DNA of 60,899 nt from a virus. This document shows positions 37,549 to 45,956 of the stretch, one piece after another; position 1 is the stretch's first letter; the number at the start of each line of letters is the position of its first letter. The notes under the pieces were generated by a model, which did not search any database, was not told where the DNA came from, and saw nothing but the letters and a program-made list of their open reading frames with translations. Both the position numbers and the translations under genes were made by a program. The DNA is taken from IMG/VR virus record IMGVR_UViG_3300012207_000001; one strand, 5' to 3'.

Positions 37549-38694
37549 ATGACAAAGCGAAGGGATAAAGGAGACGGTAGTATCTATCAGCGTACATCAG
37601 ATGGGCTATGGGTAGGCTCAGCGCGTCTGGACAAAGGCAAGCGTAAGTATGTCTACGGACTGACTAAACAGGAGGCTACGAAAAAGCTGAAGGCTGTACA
37701 GAGGGAAATAGAGCAAGGAACGTTGGTCACTGAAAAAGCTCAGAAGGTTGAAGCGTTCTTGCATTACTGGCTTGATATTCACAAGGCAGAGATAGCAGAG
37801 TCAACCTACAGAAATTATTGCCATCTGCTTAAGCAGGTATATCCCCACATCGGGACTGTAATCCTAACAAAGCTCACACCTGACCAGATCCAGAGAATGT
37901 ACGCAATGGTTGTCAAAAATCACGCTATTTCCTATATCCGTCAACTACACAGAGTGCTCACATCCGCATTCAATGATGCGATAAAGTGGAACCGTTTATC
38001 AAAAAACCCGTGTGGGCTCGTCACTCTGCCAAAGAAACAATACGATGAAGAGGCCAGCCAGCATGCTTTGAATGCAGAACAATGCCAATTGTTACTAGAT
38101 ACTGCTAAGGATACACCATTCGAGACGTTTATCGTTATGGCACTAGGAACAGCTCTACGCCGTGGGGAAATACTTGCATTGCGTTGGTCTGACATAGAAC
38201 TAGACGAGAAAAGGGTCTCGATTACAAAAACGTTATCGTATATTGAGGATGACCAGGGACATAACCACTATGTCGAGGGTTATCCTAAGTCTCATACCTC
38301 CAGACGTTCTATAGTCTTACCTGGCTTCGTTATAGACGCACTCAGGACACACAAAAGGAGACAACTAGAGCAGAGATTAGCTGCTAAGAAGTGGGAGGAT
38401 AAAAACCTTGTCTTTACCAACTTGGCAGGGGGCTATTTCTCTATTCCTGTGCTTCAATATCGATTCAAGAAGTTGCTTGTGCAGGCAGGATTGCCAGCCA
38501 TACACATACACGATTTGCGGCATAGTTGCGCTACACTTCTACTCAAAAAAGGCGTACCCATGAAAGTCGTGCAGGAAATACTAGGGCATTCCTCGATTGT
38601 GGTAACCATGAACGTCTATGGACATGTCACCCCTGATATGCAAGAGGATGCCATGTCAAAAATGGATGGACTATTCCATCATAAGGAAGGATAA
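37549..38694 (+). CDS. int: Tyrosine recombinase, phage integrase.
   Basis: LRRGEILALRWSDI (Arg I), HDLRHSCATLLL (HxxR), LGHSSIVVTMNVYGHV (catalytic Tyr) and an N-terminal SAM-like domain. Confidence 0.95.
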   Translation: MTKRRDKGDGSIYQRTSDGLWVGSARLDKGKRKYVYGLTKQEATKKLKAVQREIEQGTLVTEKAQKVEAFLHYWLDIHKAEIAESTYRNYCHLLKQVYPHIGTVILTKLTPDQIQRMYAMVVKNHAISYIRQLHRVLTSAFNDAIKWNRLSKNPCGLVTLPKKQYDEEASQHALNAEQCQLLLDTAKDTPFETFIVMALGTALRRGEILALRWSDIELDEKRVSITKTLSYIEDDQGHNHYVEGYPKSHTSRRSIVLPGFVIDALRTHKRRQLEQRLAAKKWEDKNLVFTNLAGGYFSIPVLQYRFKKLLVQAGLPAIHIHDLRHSCATLLLKKGVPMKVVQEILGHSSIVVTMNVYGHVTPDMQEDAMSKMDGLFHHKEG

Positions 38695-38695
38695 C

Positions 38696-38732
38696 AATCT
38701 GATGATAACATGCCTATTATCATCAGATTGAC
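38696..38732 (+). terminator. Hairpin after int.
   Basis: AATCTGATGATAA-catgcc-TATTATCATCAGATT. Confidence 0.55.
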
Positions 38733-38798
38733 ACTAGAGCGTATGGAAGCGCATTGTATTCATGGATCAATAAACCGACAATATAAGGAGTCACGAAA

Positions 38799-38927
38799 AT
38801 GAGCATAACCTTTATTGCCATCCTTGCCAGTATTGCATGCGGATCATTCATGCTCGGCTGGTGGTTACATGATTACCTGTACATATCCGAAGAAGAAGGG
38901 AAGGAAATACAAGATGAGAGAATTTAA
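38799..38927 (+). CDS. Small membrane protein, 42 aa, below the track cutoff.
   Basis: AAGGAG lies 8 nt upstream. It translates MSITFIAILASIACGSFMLGWWL.... Confidence 0.35.
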   Translation: MSITFIAILASIACGSFMLGWWLHDYLYISEEEGKEIQDERI

Positions 38928-39399
38928 ATTTAGATTCTGGGATACGCAAAATCAAAGAATGATTATGGATGCACCATTCCTGGTAAGAGACAAGGATAGC
39001 GGCAAATACAAGTTGGCTACCACCAATCCTATAAACCCTTTCGTGCCTCCTGGTGAGAGCAAACAACAATATATGATTAATTATCTTGATGGGGAGGGGA
39101 TCTATCCATACGAACCTGCAATCCTCATGCAATACACTGGGCTCAAGGATAGCCAGGGAAAAGAAATTTATGAGGGGGATATCATTTACCGCCCAGGGGT
39201 CAACATTCCAATGATTGTACGTTGGAATGTACAAAATGCAGGATTTGATCTTGTGATGAGAGAGAGCACTCTTGAAAATTTCGAGACCGCAACGATATGG
39301 TATACACGGCATAGTCAAGATTACGAAGTCATCGGCAATAGATACGAACATTCGATAGAAATCATGAATATCTTCTTGCAGGGAAAGAAAAATAAATAG
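38914..39399 (+). CDS. YopX-family protein.
   Basis: MREFKFRFWD..., QYTGLKDSQGKEIYEGDII and EVIGNRYEH are hallmark YopX motifs. Confidence 0.75.
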   Translation: MREFKFRFWDTQNQRMIMDAPFLVRDKDSGKYKLATTNPINPFVPPGESKQQYMINYLDGEGIYPYEPAILMQYTGLKDSQGKEIYEGDIIYRPGVNIPMIVRWNVQNAGFDLVMRESTLENFETATIWYTRHSQDYEVIGNRYEHSIEIMNIFLQGKKNK

Positions 39400-39414
39400 A
39401 AAGGGAACATAAGA

Positions 39415-39774
39415 ATGAGTGACGATCCGGAGGCAAAACTATTCTATGGCTATCTTCAGCCGGAAGAAGATAAAGAATTGTATAATGCAAACTCCGATGA
39501 AGATGACGAATATGAAACTCCCTGGACATACATTCATACAAAACATAGGCATGGATGCATCGGAGAATTATATGGATATAGCAACTGTTTAGGCGTCTTC
39601 CTTGCAGTGGAAGAATCGTTGTATAACGCTAGTTGGGATAAGGTGATAAAGTTGCCAGAAAGATTCACCATACAGCCGAGCTGGGATGAACGACTTAAAG
39701 AAGCTGCAAAGGAGTTCGCTCTAGACATTAGTGGATTACAACCAGGCTGGCATCTGGTTTGTCTCTATTTCTAA
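39415..39774 (+). CDS. Hypothetical acidic protein.
   Basis: 119-aa ORF with an RBS. Confidence 0.5.
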   Translation: MSDDPEAKLFYGYLQPEEDKELYNANSDEDDEYETPWTYIHTKHRHGCIGELYGYSNCLGVFLAVEESLYNASWDKVIKLPERFTIQPSWDERLKEAAKEFALDISGLQPGWHLVCLYF

Positions 39775-39789
39775 GACAAAAACAGCCAA

Positions 39790-39809
39790 TTGTAGCTAAT
39801 TAGCTACAA
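39790..39809. promoter_or_regulatory. 20-bp perfect palindrome, operator or terminator-like.
   Basis: TTGTAGCTAATTAGCTACAA is followed by a third half-site, AGCTACA. Confidence 0.4.
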
Positions 39810-40013
39810 AATAAGCTACATTCTCACTTAAAAACCTCTTATTTGAGCACTAAAGTAAGAGGTTTCACCTTTACCACGTATAAAGGTTAAGCATGCAGAG
39901 CAATCAAACAAGTAAACCTATTGAACGTCTCTACGCGTCTACAGCGTCTCTATAGACGTGAAATTAGTCTCTAGTATGATGCACCCAATGGATGCAGTTG
40001 AAAGGATTGTCAA

Positions 40014-40196
40014 ATGAGAAAAGAACTTGTACCAGGGTCCGAACTCCTAGCTCCATTTGTCTATGAAATGTTTACATCATGGGGACGATTCCCCAAATGG
40101 AATGATATTTCAGAAAATAAAAAGCGTTTTCTGACCCTAATCACTTCTCGAATTATCGAGAAGGTACAACTAGAGAATATCAGGAGAAAATCATAA
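40014..40196 (+). CDS. Hypothetical small protein.
   Basis: ORF with a GAAAGGA RBS. Confidence 0.4.
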   Translation: MRKELVPGSELLAPFVYEMFTSWGRFPKWNDISENKKRFLTLITSRIIEKVQLENIRRKS

Positions 40197-40420
40197 TGCA
40201 CTTCTTGAGCAGATTTATCCCCCGTTGGCTACAGCCATTCAATAAGAAAGTGTTGTTTAGTGAAGGTGATATCGTTCGTGTACGACGTGGAGGAATGACT
40301 GGTACCATTGGTGACATAACCGATATCATCTTATCATCTAACCCGTACGAGGGTCCACAATATCGCGTGCAAGGACAATGGTTCTATTCTGATTACTTAG
40401 AAAAGATTAAAACTGATTGA
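40196..40420 (+). CDS. Hypothetical small protein, KOW/SH3-like.
   Basis: GDIVRVRRGGMTGTIGDI. ATAATG overlaps the upstream gene. Confidence 0.4.
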   Translation: MHFLSRFIPRWLQPFNKKVLFSEGDIVRVRRGGMTGTIGDITDIILSSNPYEGPQYRVQGQWFYSDYLEKIKTD

Positions 40421-40457
40421 TAAAACACTTGACATACTGAATGCGAAGGAGTACAAT
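40411..40457 (+). promoter_or_regulatory. Copy of the conserved early promoter cassette.
   Basis: aactGATTGAtaaaacacTTGACAtactgaatgcgaaggagTACAAT. It overlaps the 3' end of the upstream ORF. Confidence 0.6.
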
Positions 40458-40480
40458 CGAGAGGAAAGGAGTATAATCAC

Positions 40481-41143
40481 ATGAAGAAACCTCGATTGTT
40501 AGATCTGTACTGCGGAGCAGAGGGTTGTTCCGTAGGGTATGCTAGAGCAGGTTTTGACGTGGTAGGGGTTGACCTTCTACCACAACCGAACTATCCATTC
40601 AAGTTCTGCCAGGCAGATGCATTAACATTTCCTCTTGATGGTTTTGACTTCCTGCATGCCAGCCCTGAATGCGACGGGTATAGTGTGGCTACGTTGTTTC
40701 ACGGCCACGCTACGCGTGACGAGCATCCTCTACACATATCGACAATCAGACAACGGTTTATTCAATCAGGAAAACCCTATATCATAGAAAATGTGGTGTC
40801 TGCAATGAGGCACATGCACCAGCCTATTACTATGTGTGGAATCACATTTGGATTAGATGCTCCCCGCCATCGATTATTTGAAAGCAACGTCAAGCTCATA
40901 GCGCCCAAACACCAAAGGCACATTAAGAAAGTAGCTAAACCAGGCGCTATCCCCCTGGATACACAATACTGGTGTATTGGCGGTCATTTTGGACAAAAGG
41001 AACGGGCCGCGTTAGAGGGTCTGGGCATCGATTGGATGACAACGCAGAAAGAGATAGGGAACGCTATTCCTCCTGCCTACACGGAATGGATCGGCAGGCA
41101 ACTACTCAACAGTACCGCCCTCTGCCAACGTCTACTATTTTAG
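40481..41143 (+). CDS. Short C5-cytosine-methyltransferase-like SAM enzyme.
   Basis: LDLYCGAEGCSVGYARAGF (motif I-like), HASPECDGYS (PC motif with Cys) and YIIENV (motif VI). At 220 aa there is no obvious target recognition domain. Confidence 0.45.
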   Translation: MKKPRLLDLYCGAEGCSVGYARAGFDVVGVDLLPQPNYPFKFCQADALTFPLDGFDFLHASPECDGYSVATLFHGHATRDEHPLHISTIRQRFIQSGKPYIIENVVSAMRHMHQPITMCGITFGLDAPRHRLFESNVKLIAPKHQRHIKKVAKPGAIPLDTQYWCIGGHFGQKERAALEGLGIDWMTTQKEIGNAIPPAYTEWIGRQLLNSTALCQRLLF

Positions 41144-41343
41144 AGTCTTCTGCACAGGAGACTCTTTCTTTTTGACTTTACAAGAGCTTGTAAATGGTGT
41201 AACATAAAAATATATTCGGTAGAATAAGTAGCCTATTTGTCGCGTTCCAACATAGGAGCGTTGTGTCCATCAAGTTCCATCGTTATTGCGTGAGCGTGGC
41301 AGCTTCCCATCATTAACAAATGGAAAAAAGAAAGAGTTTATTT

Positions 41344-41985
41344 CTAAACAGGGGTAGACTCTTTCTTTTTGACCTTTTTCGCCCATCGCATCATGCCCAC
41401 AAAATTGACGATAACTAGGCAGGTAACGCCAGCTAGCATAAACATGAGAATATCGTACACATGTGTATGAATAGCAGCTATCCGTTGCTGCCAAAGTCCA
41501 TTAATCTGGCTAACCAGAGGATAGTATTTCACTTCATGATCAAGAACGATCTGAGCCTGAATATCGAGGTTGACGGTATTATCATCAGGTTTTGCCAGGA
41601 TGTTATGAAATGCCGTATCCATAGCGACGTAATCCGGCTGTGCCTGTACGACCAGGAGAAGCACGTCAGATGGTACGTGAGCAGGAAGCCCTAATGCAGT
41701 ATCCCCTACTTGTAGTCCCCTTTCAGCACGCTCCCACAACGGCAGAGACACTTGTAGCTCACTTACGGACTGCGTAAACGTTGTAGGGGTTGAAGGATTG
41801 ACGATCAATAACACATCTTTGGTCATACGCTCCACACGCGCGCGTTGTAACCCTATCTGGTTCGTGGTATTCGATGTGAGACCGTTTTGAGCCTCCTGCA
41901 ACATAAAAAAACTGGCCAGCAACAACAGTAACCCAATCGTCGCAACCACTGCAAGCCAGGCATAAATCTTATATTTCGTATCCAT
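41344..41985 (-). CDS. Membrane protein with an N-terminal TM helix, an extracytoplasmic domain and C-terminal TM helices. The extracytoplasmic domain may be PilJ/NarX-like.
   Basis: TM helices IYAWLAVVATIGLLLLLASFFML and ILMFMLAGVTCLVIVNFVGMM. NQIGLQRARVERMTKDVLLI loosely resembles the PilJ P-box. It is a lone minus-strand gene among plus-strand genes. Confidence 0.45.
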   Translation of the reverse strand: MDTKYKIYAWLAVVATIGLLLLLASFFMLQEAQNGLTSNTTNQIGLQRARVERMTKDVLLIVNPSTPTTFTQSVSELQVSLPLWERAERGLQVGDTALGLPAHVPSDVLLLVVQAQPDYVAMDTAFHNILAKPDDNTVNLDIQAQIVLDHEVKYYPLVSQINGLWQQRIAAIHTHVYDILMFMLAGVTCLVIVNFVGMMRWAKKVKKKESTPV

Positions 41986-41991
41986 AGGACC

Positions 41992-42067
41992 AGTATAACC
42001 AGTTTTTAAAACTTGATTGAAACTGATTGATAAATCCCTTGACTTTCTATTAGATATCTGTTAGTAT
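41992..42067. promoter_or_regulatory. Bidirectional promoter cassette. Leftward TATACT sits 6 nt from the ATG at 41985. Rightward is TTGACT, 17-nt spacer, TAGTAT.
   Basis: agtataaccagtttttaaaacttGATTGAaactGATTGAtaaatcccTTGACT. Confidence 0.55.
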
Positions 42068-42107
42068 TCTAATATGAAGTTGAGAGATACGAAGGAGAAA
42101 GAAAATA

Positions 42108-42956
42108 ATGGTTAAGGTGATTTGCGAGAAGACAGGAATTGAGTTTGAAGCGGCAACAAAGCGAACGAAGAACCATCCATCCATTATGATGATCCTCAAT
42201 GATGCCAACAAGTACGGCTGGTATGCCGATGCGCTAGAAGCGTTAAAGTCTGGCCGCAAATCTGGTTTCTCAATGATTGAACAGTTCGTATCTGCGTTAC
42301 GTAACGCAGAAGAGCAGTACAAAGAGCAAACCAATGCAGTGTATGCTGCGCAGAACCGCGAGCGTAAAGCCGTTGAGGAAGCAAAACGCCAGCGCGAAAT
42401 CCGCAACAGCCTCCTTCGAGATCGCGGCTATGAGTGGACCGATCTTGGATATGCTCCAGATGAAGAGATCGACAATTCGTTTCTTGGTCGTTTGCCCGAG
42501 CATGATTGGCATCTGAAAGCACCTGACGGCAAACTGGTTTCACTGAAAGACGCAATGATCGCTCTGGCAAGGGAAGACGTGAAATATGCCGTTAAGTGGC
42601 TGGCGGATCGAAATATTGAAATGCCAGTCGAAGAGCCAACTATTAAAGAAGTTGCTGTGATCTCAGACTTTTCTGAGATCACAGAGAAAGGAAATGAAAC
42701 CATGACATTACGTGATGCCCTGACAGCAGACGCGTCTGCTGTAGAGATTGAGACTGACGGACCGACTATTTCGGTCCGTGTAAATGAAGAAGACTTTATA
42801 GTCAAATCATTCACAATCTCGTTTGTACGCGGCCAGATGCCGCCGTACTTTCAACAAGAGGCTAGTACGCTTGAAGAGATTGAAGCAATCATTCGTAATT
42901 CGGCCTATAGTGATGCACTATCGTCCAGATCTTGGACGATAGTGAAGGAGGAATAA
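42108..42956 (+). CDS. Hypothetical protein.
   Basis: 282-aa ORF with a GAAGGAG RBS. Confidence 0.5.
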   Translation: MVKVICEKTGIEFEAATKRTKNHPSIMMILNDANKYGWYADALEALKSGRKSGFSMIEQFVSALRNAEEQYKEQTNAVYAAQNRERKAVEEAKRQREIRNSLLRDRGYEWTDLGYAPDEEIDNSFLGRLPEHDWHLKAPDGKLVSLKDAMIALAREDVKYAVKWLADRNIEMPVEEPTIKEVAVISDFSEITEKGNETMTLRDALTADASAVEIETDGPTISVRVNEEDFIVKSFTISFVRGQMPPYFQQEASTLEEIEAIIRNSAYSDALSSRSWTIVKEE

Positions 42957-43241
42957 ATGTCCGGAACGGGAGCTCCGGAGGGCAACCAGTATGCAAAGAA
43001 GGCTGATACCGGAAAAACGATCAGCCTCTATATCAAAGCTGAAGACATGGCACTCTTACGTCTAATTCTACAGCAATATGGACAGGAACCAACAAGCCAA
43101 AATTGCATCGAACTAGCAAAAAAAGCCGCATTGTCCGGCATTTATCGCTTGTTGTTACCAATGAAAGAAAGTGAAATACAAGACTTTCTTTCTCAGCAAG
43201 CACAAGTCAACGCAGAAAGGGTAAGATCCGATGAGCATTGA
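42957..43241 (+). CDS. Hypothetical protein with an N-terminal GAPEGNQYAKK motif.
   Basis: The GxPxGNxxAxK motif is common at the N-termini of small phage DNA-binding and TerS-like proteins. Confidence 0.4.
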   Translation: MSGTGAPEGNQYAKKADTGKTISLYIKAEDMALLRLILQQYGQEPTSQNCIELAKKAALSGIYRLLLPMKESEIQDFLSQQAQVNAERVRSDEH

Positions 43242-43650
43242 GATGATTGAAACAAAAGGAACAACAAACATTGAAGAAGTTCATTATTGTCCTGAGATGC
43301 CAGTGCTGCACATATACACACCTGAACCCCTCAGAACAAAAGAGGAGGCAGAAGCCTACATGTCAACCCTCGTTGTTGAGTATCCTGATTTTATGCTGGA
43401 TGCGCGACATAACAACCAGCGCAATGAGTATCTCATCCATATCGGTGACATCAAGACACGCAAGCAATATTCTCTATTGCCCAATCTCCTGCGACGGGTT
43501 GTAAAGATGAATGGAACTATCAACCTGGTGTACTGTTATAGTAGATTAGGTTGTAACGATAGCGAATGGCGTACACATCAGTACGATACGCTTGAGTTTT
43601 GGCGCGTGCTGGCATTGGCCCAGATGCGCTATAGCAAAGATGCTAAGTAA
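43231..43650 (+). CDS. Hypothetical protein.
   Basis: 139-aa ORF overlapping the upstream gene by 11 nt. Confidence 0.45.
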   Translation: MSIEMIETKGTTNIEEVHYCPEMPVLHIYTPEPLRTKEEAEAYMSTLVVEYPDFMLDARHNNQRNEYLIHIGDIKTRKQYSLLPNLLRRVVKMNGTINLVYCYSRLGCNDSEWRTHQYDTLEFWRVLALAQMRYSKDAK

Positions 43651-43663
43651 CCTGACCTCCGCC

Positions 43664-43706
43664 GCAAAAAGAAGCCTCCTTGCCAGGCAAGGAGGCTTCT
43701 TTTTGC
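43664..43706. terminator. Bidirectional terminator.
   Basis: GCAAAAAGAAGCCTCCTTGCC-ag-GCAAGGAGGCTTCTTTTTGC lies between convergent genes. Confidence 0.75.
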
Positions 43707-43708
43707 AT

Positions 43709-43915
43709 CTATCCTAACAAATGATTAGCGTATCCTATAAGCAAGCTCAACAAAGCAGCAAAAAGCGTAGAGGCCACTGCGATCAAAAACTTGATACGGA
43801 GCTTATCCAGGTTCTTATCCGCATCTAACAGGCTGGTCTTTACTCCTGCTACGTCCTGCTTGATGTACGTCATGTCCGTCTCCAGACGGATCACTCTCTC
43901 ATGTATTGGTTCCAT
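43709..43915 (-). CDS. XhlA-like small membrane protein with an N-terminal coiled coil and a C-terminal TM helix.
   Basis: MEPIHERVIRLETDMTYIKQDVAGVKTSLLDADKNLDKLRIKFLIAVASTLFAALLSLLIGY. The start at 43915 sits 6 nt from a TATACT box. The longer track ORF runs through the promoter. Confidence 0.5.
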   Translation of the reverse strand: MEPIHERVIRLETDMTYIKQDVAGVKTSLLDADKNLDKLRIKFLIAVASTLFAALLSLLIGYANHLLG

Positions 43916-43921
43916 ATCTCT

Positions 43922-43997
43922 AGTATAACCAGTTTTTAAAACTTCGCTGAAACTGATTGATAAAACACTTGACAATTGCGTACAAATTGCGTACAAT
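43922..43997. promoter_or_regulatory. Second bidirectional promoter cassette. Leftward TATACT sits 6 nt from the ATG at 43915. Rightward is TTGACA, 17-nt spacer, TACAAT.
   Basis: agtataaccagtttttaaaacttcgctgaaactGATTGAtaaaacacTTGACAattgcgtacaaattgcgTACAAT. Confidence 0.6.
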
Positions 43998-44044
43998 AAA
44001 AGAGTACTAAGTGAGTACACAGAATGAGAGAGGAAAAAAAGATA

Positions 44045-44701
44045 ATGAATCTTCAAAAAGTCAAAGAGTATATCCAGACAAAATACACTCTTGCCTCCCT
44101 GAATAGCACGGTCGTAGACGTGCAAGAACAGGATGGTGAGATACGAGTGCTTATCAGCGATAGTTCAGAAAGTTCCTGCTGGCACTCACTGAGTGGCGAA
44201 GAGATCTATGATATCCAGAAAGAGTTGCGTAAAGAGCAACCCTTATACCTTATAGATCTCGATGGCATTGTGGCCAATAGTACCGCTCGTTTTGAGCGTG
44301 CCACGAATGCCGCAGGGATCAACTGGCGTATCGCCTTTGATCCTGAACTTATTGCACTTGACACCGTGATTGACGGCGCTATGGATACGCTAGAACGTCT
44401 TGCACAGCGAGGAACGATCGTATACATATCGTCGCGTCCAGAGAGTCTGCATAATGCGACAATGAAATGGATGAAAAAGAATGGCGTGCCTATCCATTGG
44501 ATTGCGTTACGTCCTCAATTTGCCAAAACGCTGGAATGGAAAGAAAAGGAGGCTAGCGAGCAAGTCGCACAGATCCAGCCTGCACGTGTCATCTTCATTG
44601 ATGATGAAATGAAGAACTGCGAAGCGGTTGCTGCTGCTTTGCCTGAGGTTGTGTGCTATGCAAGCCTTGCTGAATGCCTGGCAGGAGAATGTAATGTCTG
44701 A
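44045..44701 (+). CDS. HAD-superfamily hydrolase, nucleotidase/phosphatase-like.
   Basis: LIDLDGIV (DxDx motif I), VYISSRPE (motif II) and FIDDE (motif IV). Confidence 0.55.
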   Translation: MNLQKVKEYIQTKYTLASLNSTVVDVQEQDGEIRVLISDSSESSCWHSLSGEEIYDIQKELRKEQPLYLIDLDGIVANSTARFERATNAAGINWRIAFDPELIALDTVIDGAMDTLERLAQRGTIVYISSRPESLHNATMKWMKKNGVPIHWIALRPQFAKTLEWKEKEASEQVAQIQPARVIFIDDEMKNCEAVAAALPEVVCYASLAECLAGECNV

Positions 44702-45113
44702 CTACACAAAGTATCCTTCCGTCAATGTTCGTACTGGCAGAGAATTATTTGAACAACTTTCTGCCAGAGGAGAAGATATCAACGCCGTAGCCAAACGTGA
44801 TCTAACGCGCTACTACGATGTACTGCAGCACAATCTACCAACATTTACAATGCAGGAGGCGCTAACACTTTGCGCGTGCTTGAATGGCGTCTGGTGTTCA
44901 CCAGACGCACTCTACAACAACGTTGCATGCAGTATGGAATTAGAAGCAAATCAGTTCGAAATAGATACAGATAAGCTGCTGGAAGCCATCGACAATCTCA
45001 ACTGGACACAATGCCAGGCAGTGATTGATGCAGTGGAGTGCGCATGGAACAGTAATTCCAGTTATCGCGTTGATTTGAGGAAAGGGATTTTGCTGGCAGG
45101 TTTAGCAAGATAG
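44694..45113 (+). CDS. Hypothetical protein.
   Basis: The ATG overlaps the upstream 3' end by 8 nt. Confidence 0.45.
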   Translation: MSDYTKYPSVNVRTGRELFEQLSARGEDINAVAKRDLTRYYDVLQHNLPTFTMQEALTLCACLNGVWCSPDALYNNVACSMELEANQFEIDTDKLLEAIDNLNWTQCQAVIDAVECAWNSNSSYRVDLRKGILLAGLAR

Positions 45114-45128
45114 GAAAAGGAGAAGGAA

Positions 45129-45464
45129 ATGGAAAAAATATTCATGGAAGAGTCACTTGATAATAAGATCAGGGAAGATGACCTGAACTTCCCGCCGGAG
45201 GTCATAAGAAATCATGTCGGACTACTAGAAGTACGAACGGCCCCGTACACTAGTACGATCATTGTCGATCCATGCCCTTTTGAGGGTTGGGTCTACGAAC
45301 ACGGTAAACCTGTGCAAGGCGCTCCTGAAAGTTGGCAGTATCTTGGATGTCCGTTGGTGCTCACACGCGAGCAAGGCGAATCCGACAAGGACTTGTTGGC
45401 ACGTGCGGAAAGGGAAGCCGATGCTATCCGACATGACGGTAAAATCCGTCATGTCGATTATTAA
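45129..45464 (+). CDS. Hypothetical protein.
   Basis: ORF with an AAGGAGAAGGA RBS. Confidence 0.5.
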   Translation: MEKIFMEESLDNKIREDDLNFPPEVIRNHVGLLEVRTAPYTSTIIVDPCPFEGWVYEHGKPVQGAPESWQYLGCPLVLTREQGESDKDLLARAEREADAIRHDGKIRHVDY

Positions 45465-45480
45465 GAGAAAAGAGAAAAAA

Positions 45481-45810
45481 ATGATTAATGAATTACGAGC
45501 AGGTGTGGATTATTGTGGGTACTGTAAGGCAAGTTACAATTTGCATAATGGAAATTGTAACTGTGATGGGCGTGGATCTCAACCGGTTGCAGGACGAAAT
45601 TATTGCGGATACTGTAAAGCATCCTACAATGAAAGTGGGAAATGTAATTGCAATGGCTTCGGGCATACCAAAAACAGCATCGATACCTGCGGGTACTGCC
45701 ACGCCGACTTCACCATAGATGCTGGTGTAGACTGTGACTGTGACGGGTTTGGAGGAGAGAAACCCGTTTTTTCGCCTGAGCTGCTAGCGAAGTTGAAAAG
45801 CCAAAGATAA
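45481..45810 (+). CDS. Cys-rich protein with three tandem CGYC...CxC(D/N)G(F/R)G repeats.
   Basis: YCGYCKASYNLHNGNCNCDGRG, YCGYCKASYNESGKCNCNGFG and TCGYCHADFTIDAGVDCDCDGFG. Confidence 0.5.
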   Translation: MINELRAGVDYCGYCKASYNLHNGNCNCDGRGSQPVAGRNYCGYCKASYNESGKCNCNGFGHTKNSIDTCGYCHADFTIDAGVDCDCDGFGGEKPVFSPELLAKLKSQR

Positions 45811-45901
45811 CAACGCGGTACTGCAAGAAACCCGTTCCTCTCTGTTTTTCTCAGTCCAGAGAGGAACGGGTTTCTTGCAGTACCGCGTTGTTATCTTTGG
45901 C
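45800..45901. terminator. Very long perfect inverted repeat with 45-bp arms and a 12-nt loop, between convergent genes.
   Basis: gccaaagataacaacgcggtactgcaagaaacccgttcctctctg / cagagaggaacgggtttcttgcagtaccgcgttgttatctttggc. The left arm includes the last four sense codons and the stop codon of 45481..45810. Confidence 0.7.
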
Positions 45902-45956
45902 ATTCGAGAAAAAAGTGATTCTGTAACTCTTCTCAGTATACCAGAGCAAGCAATTA

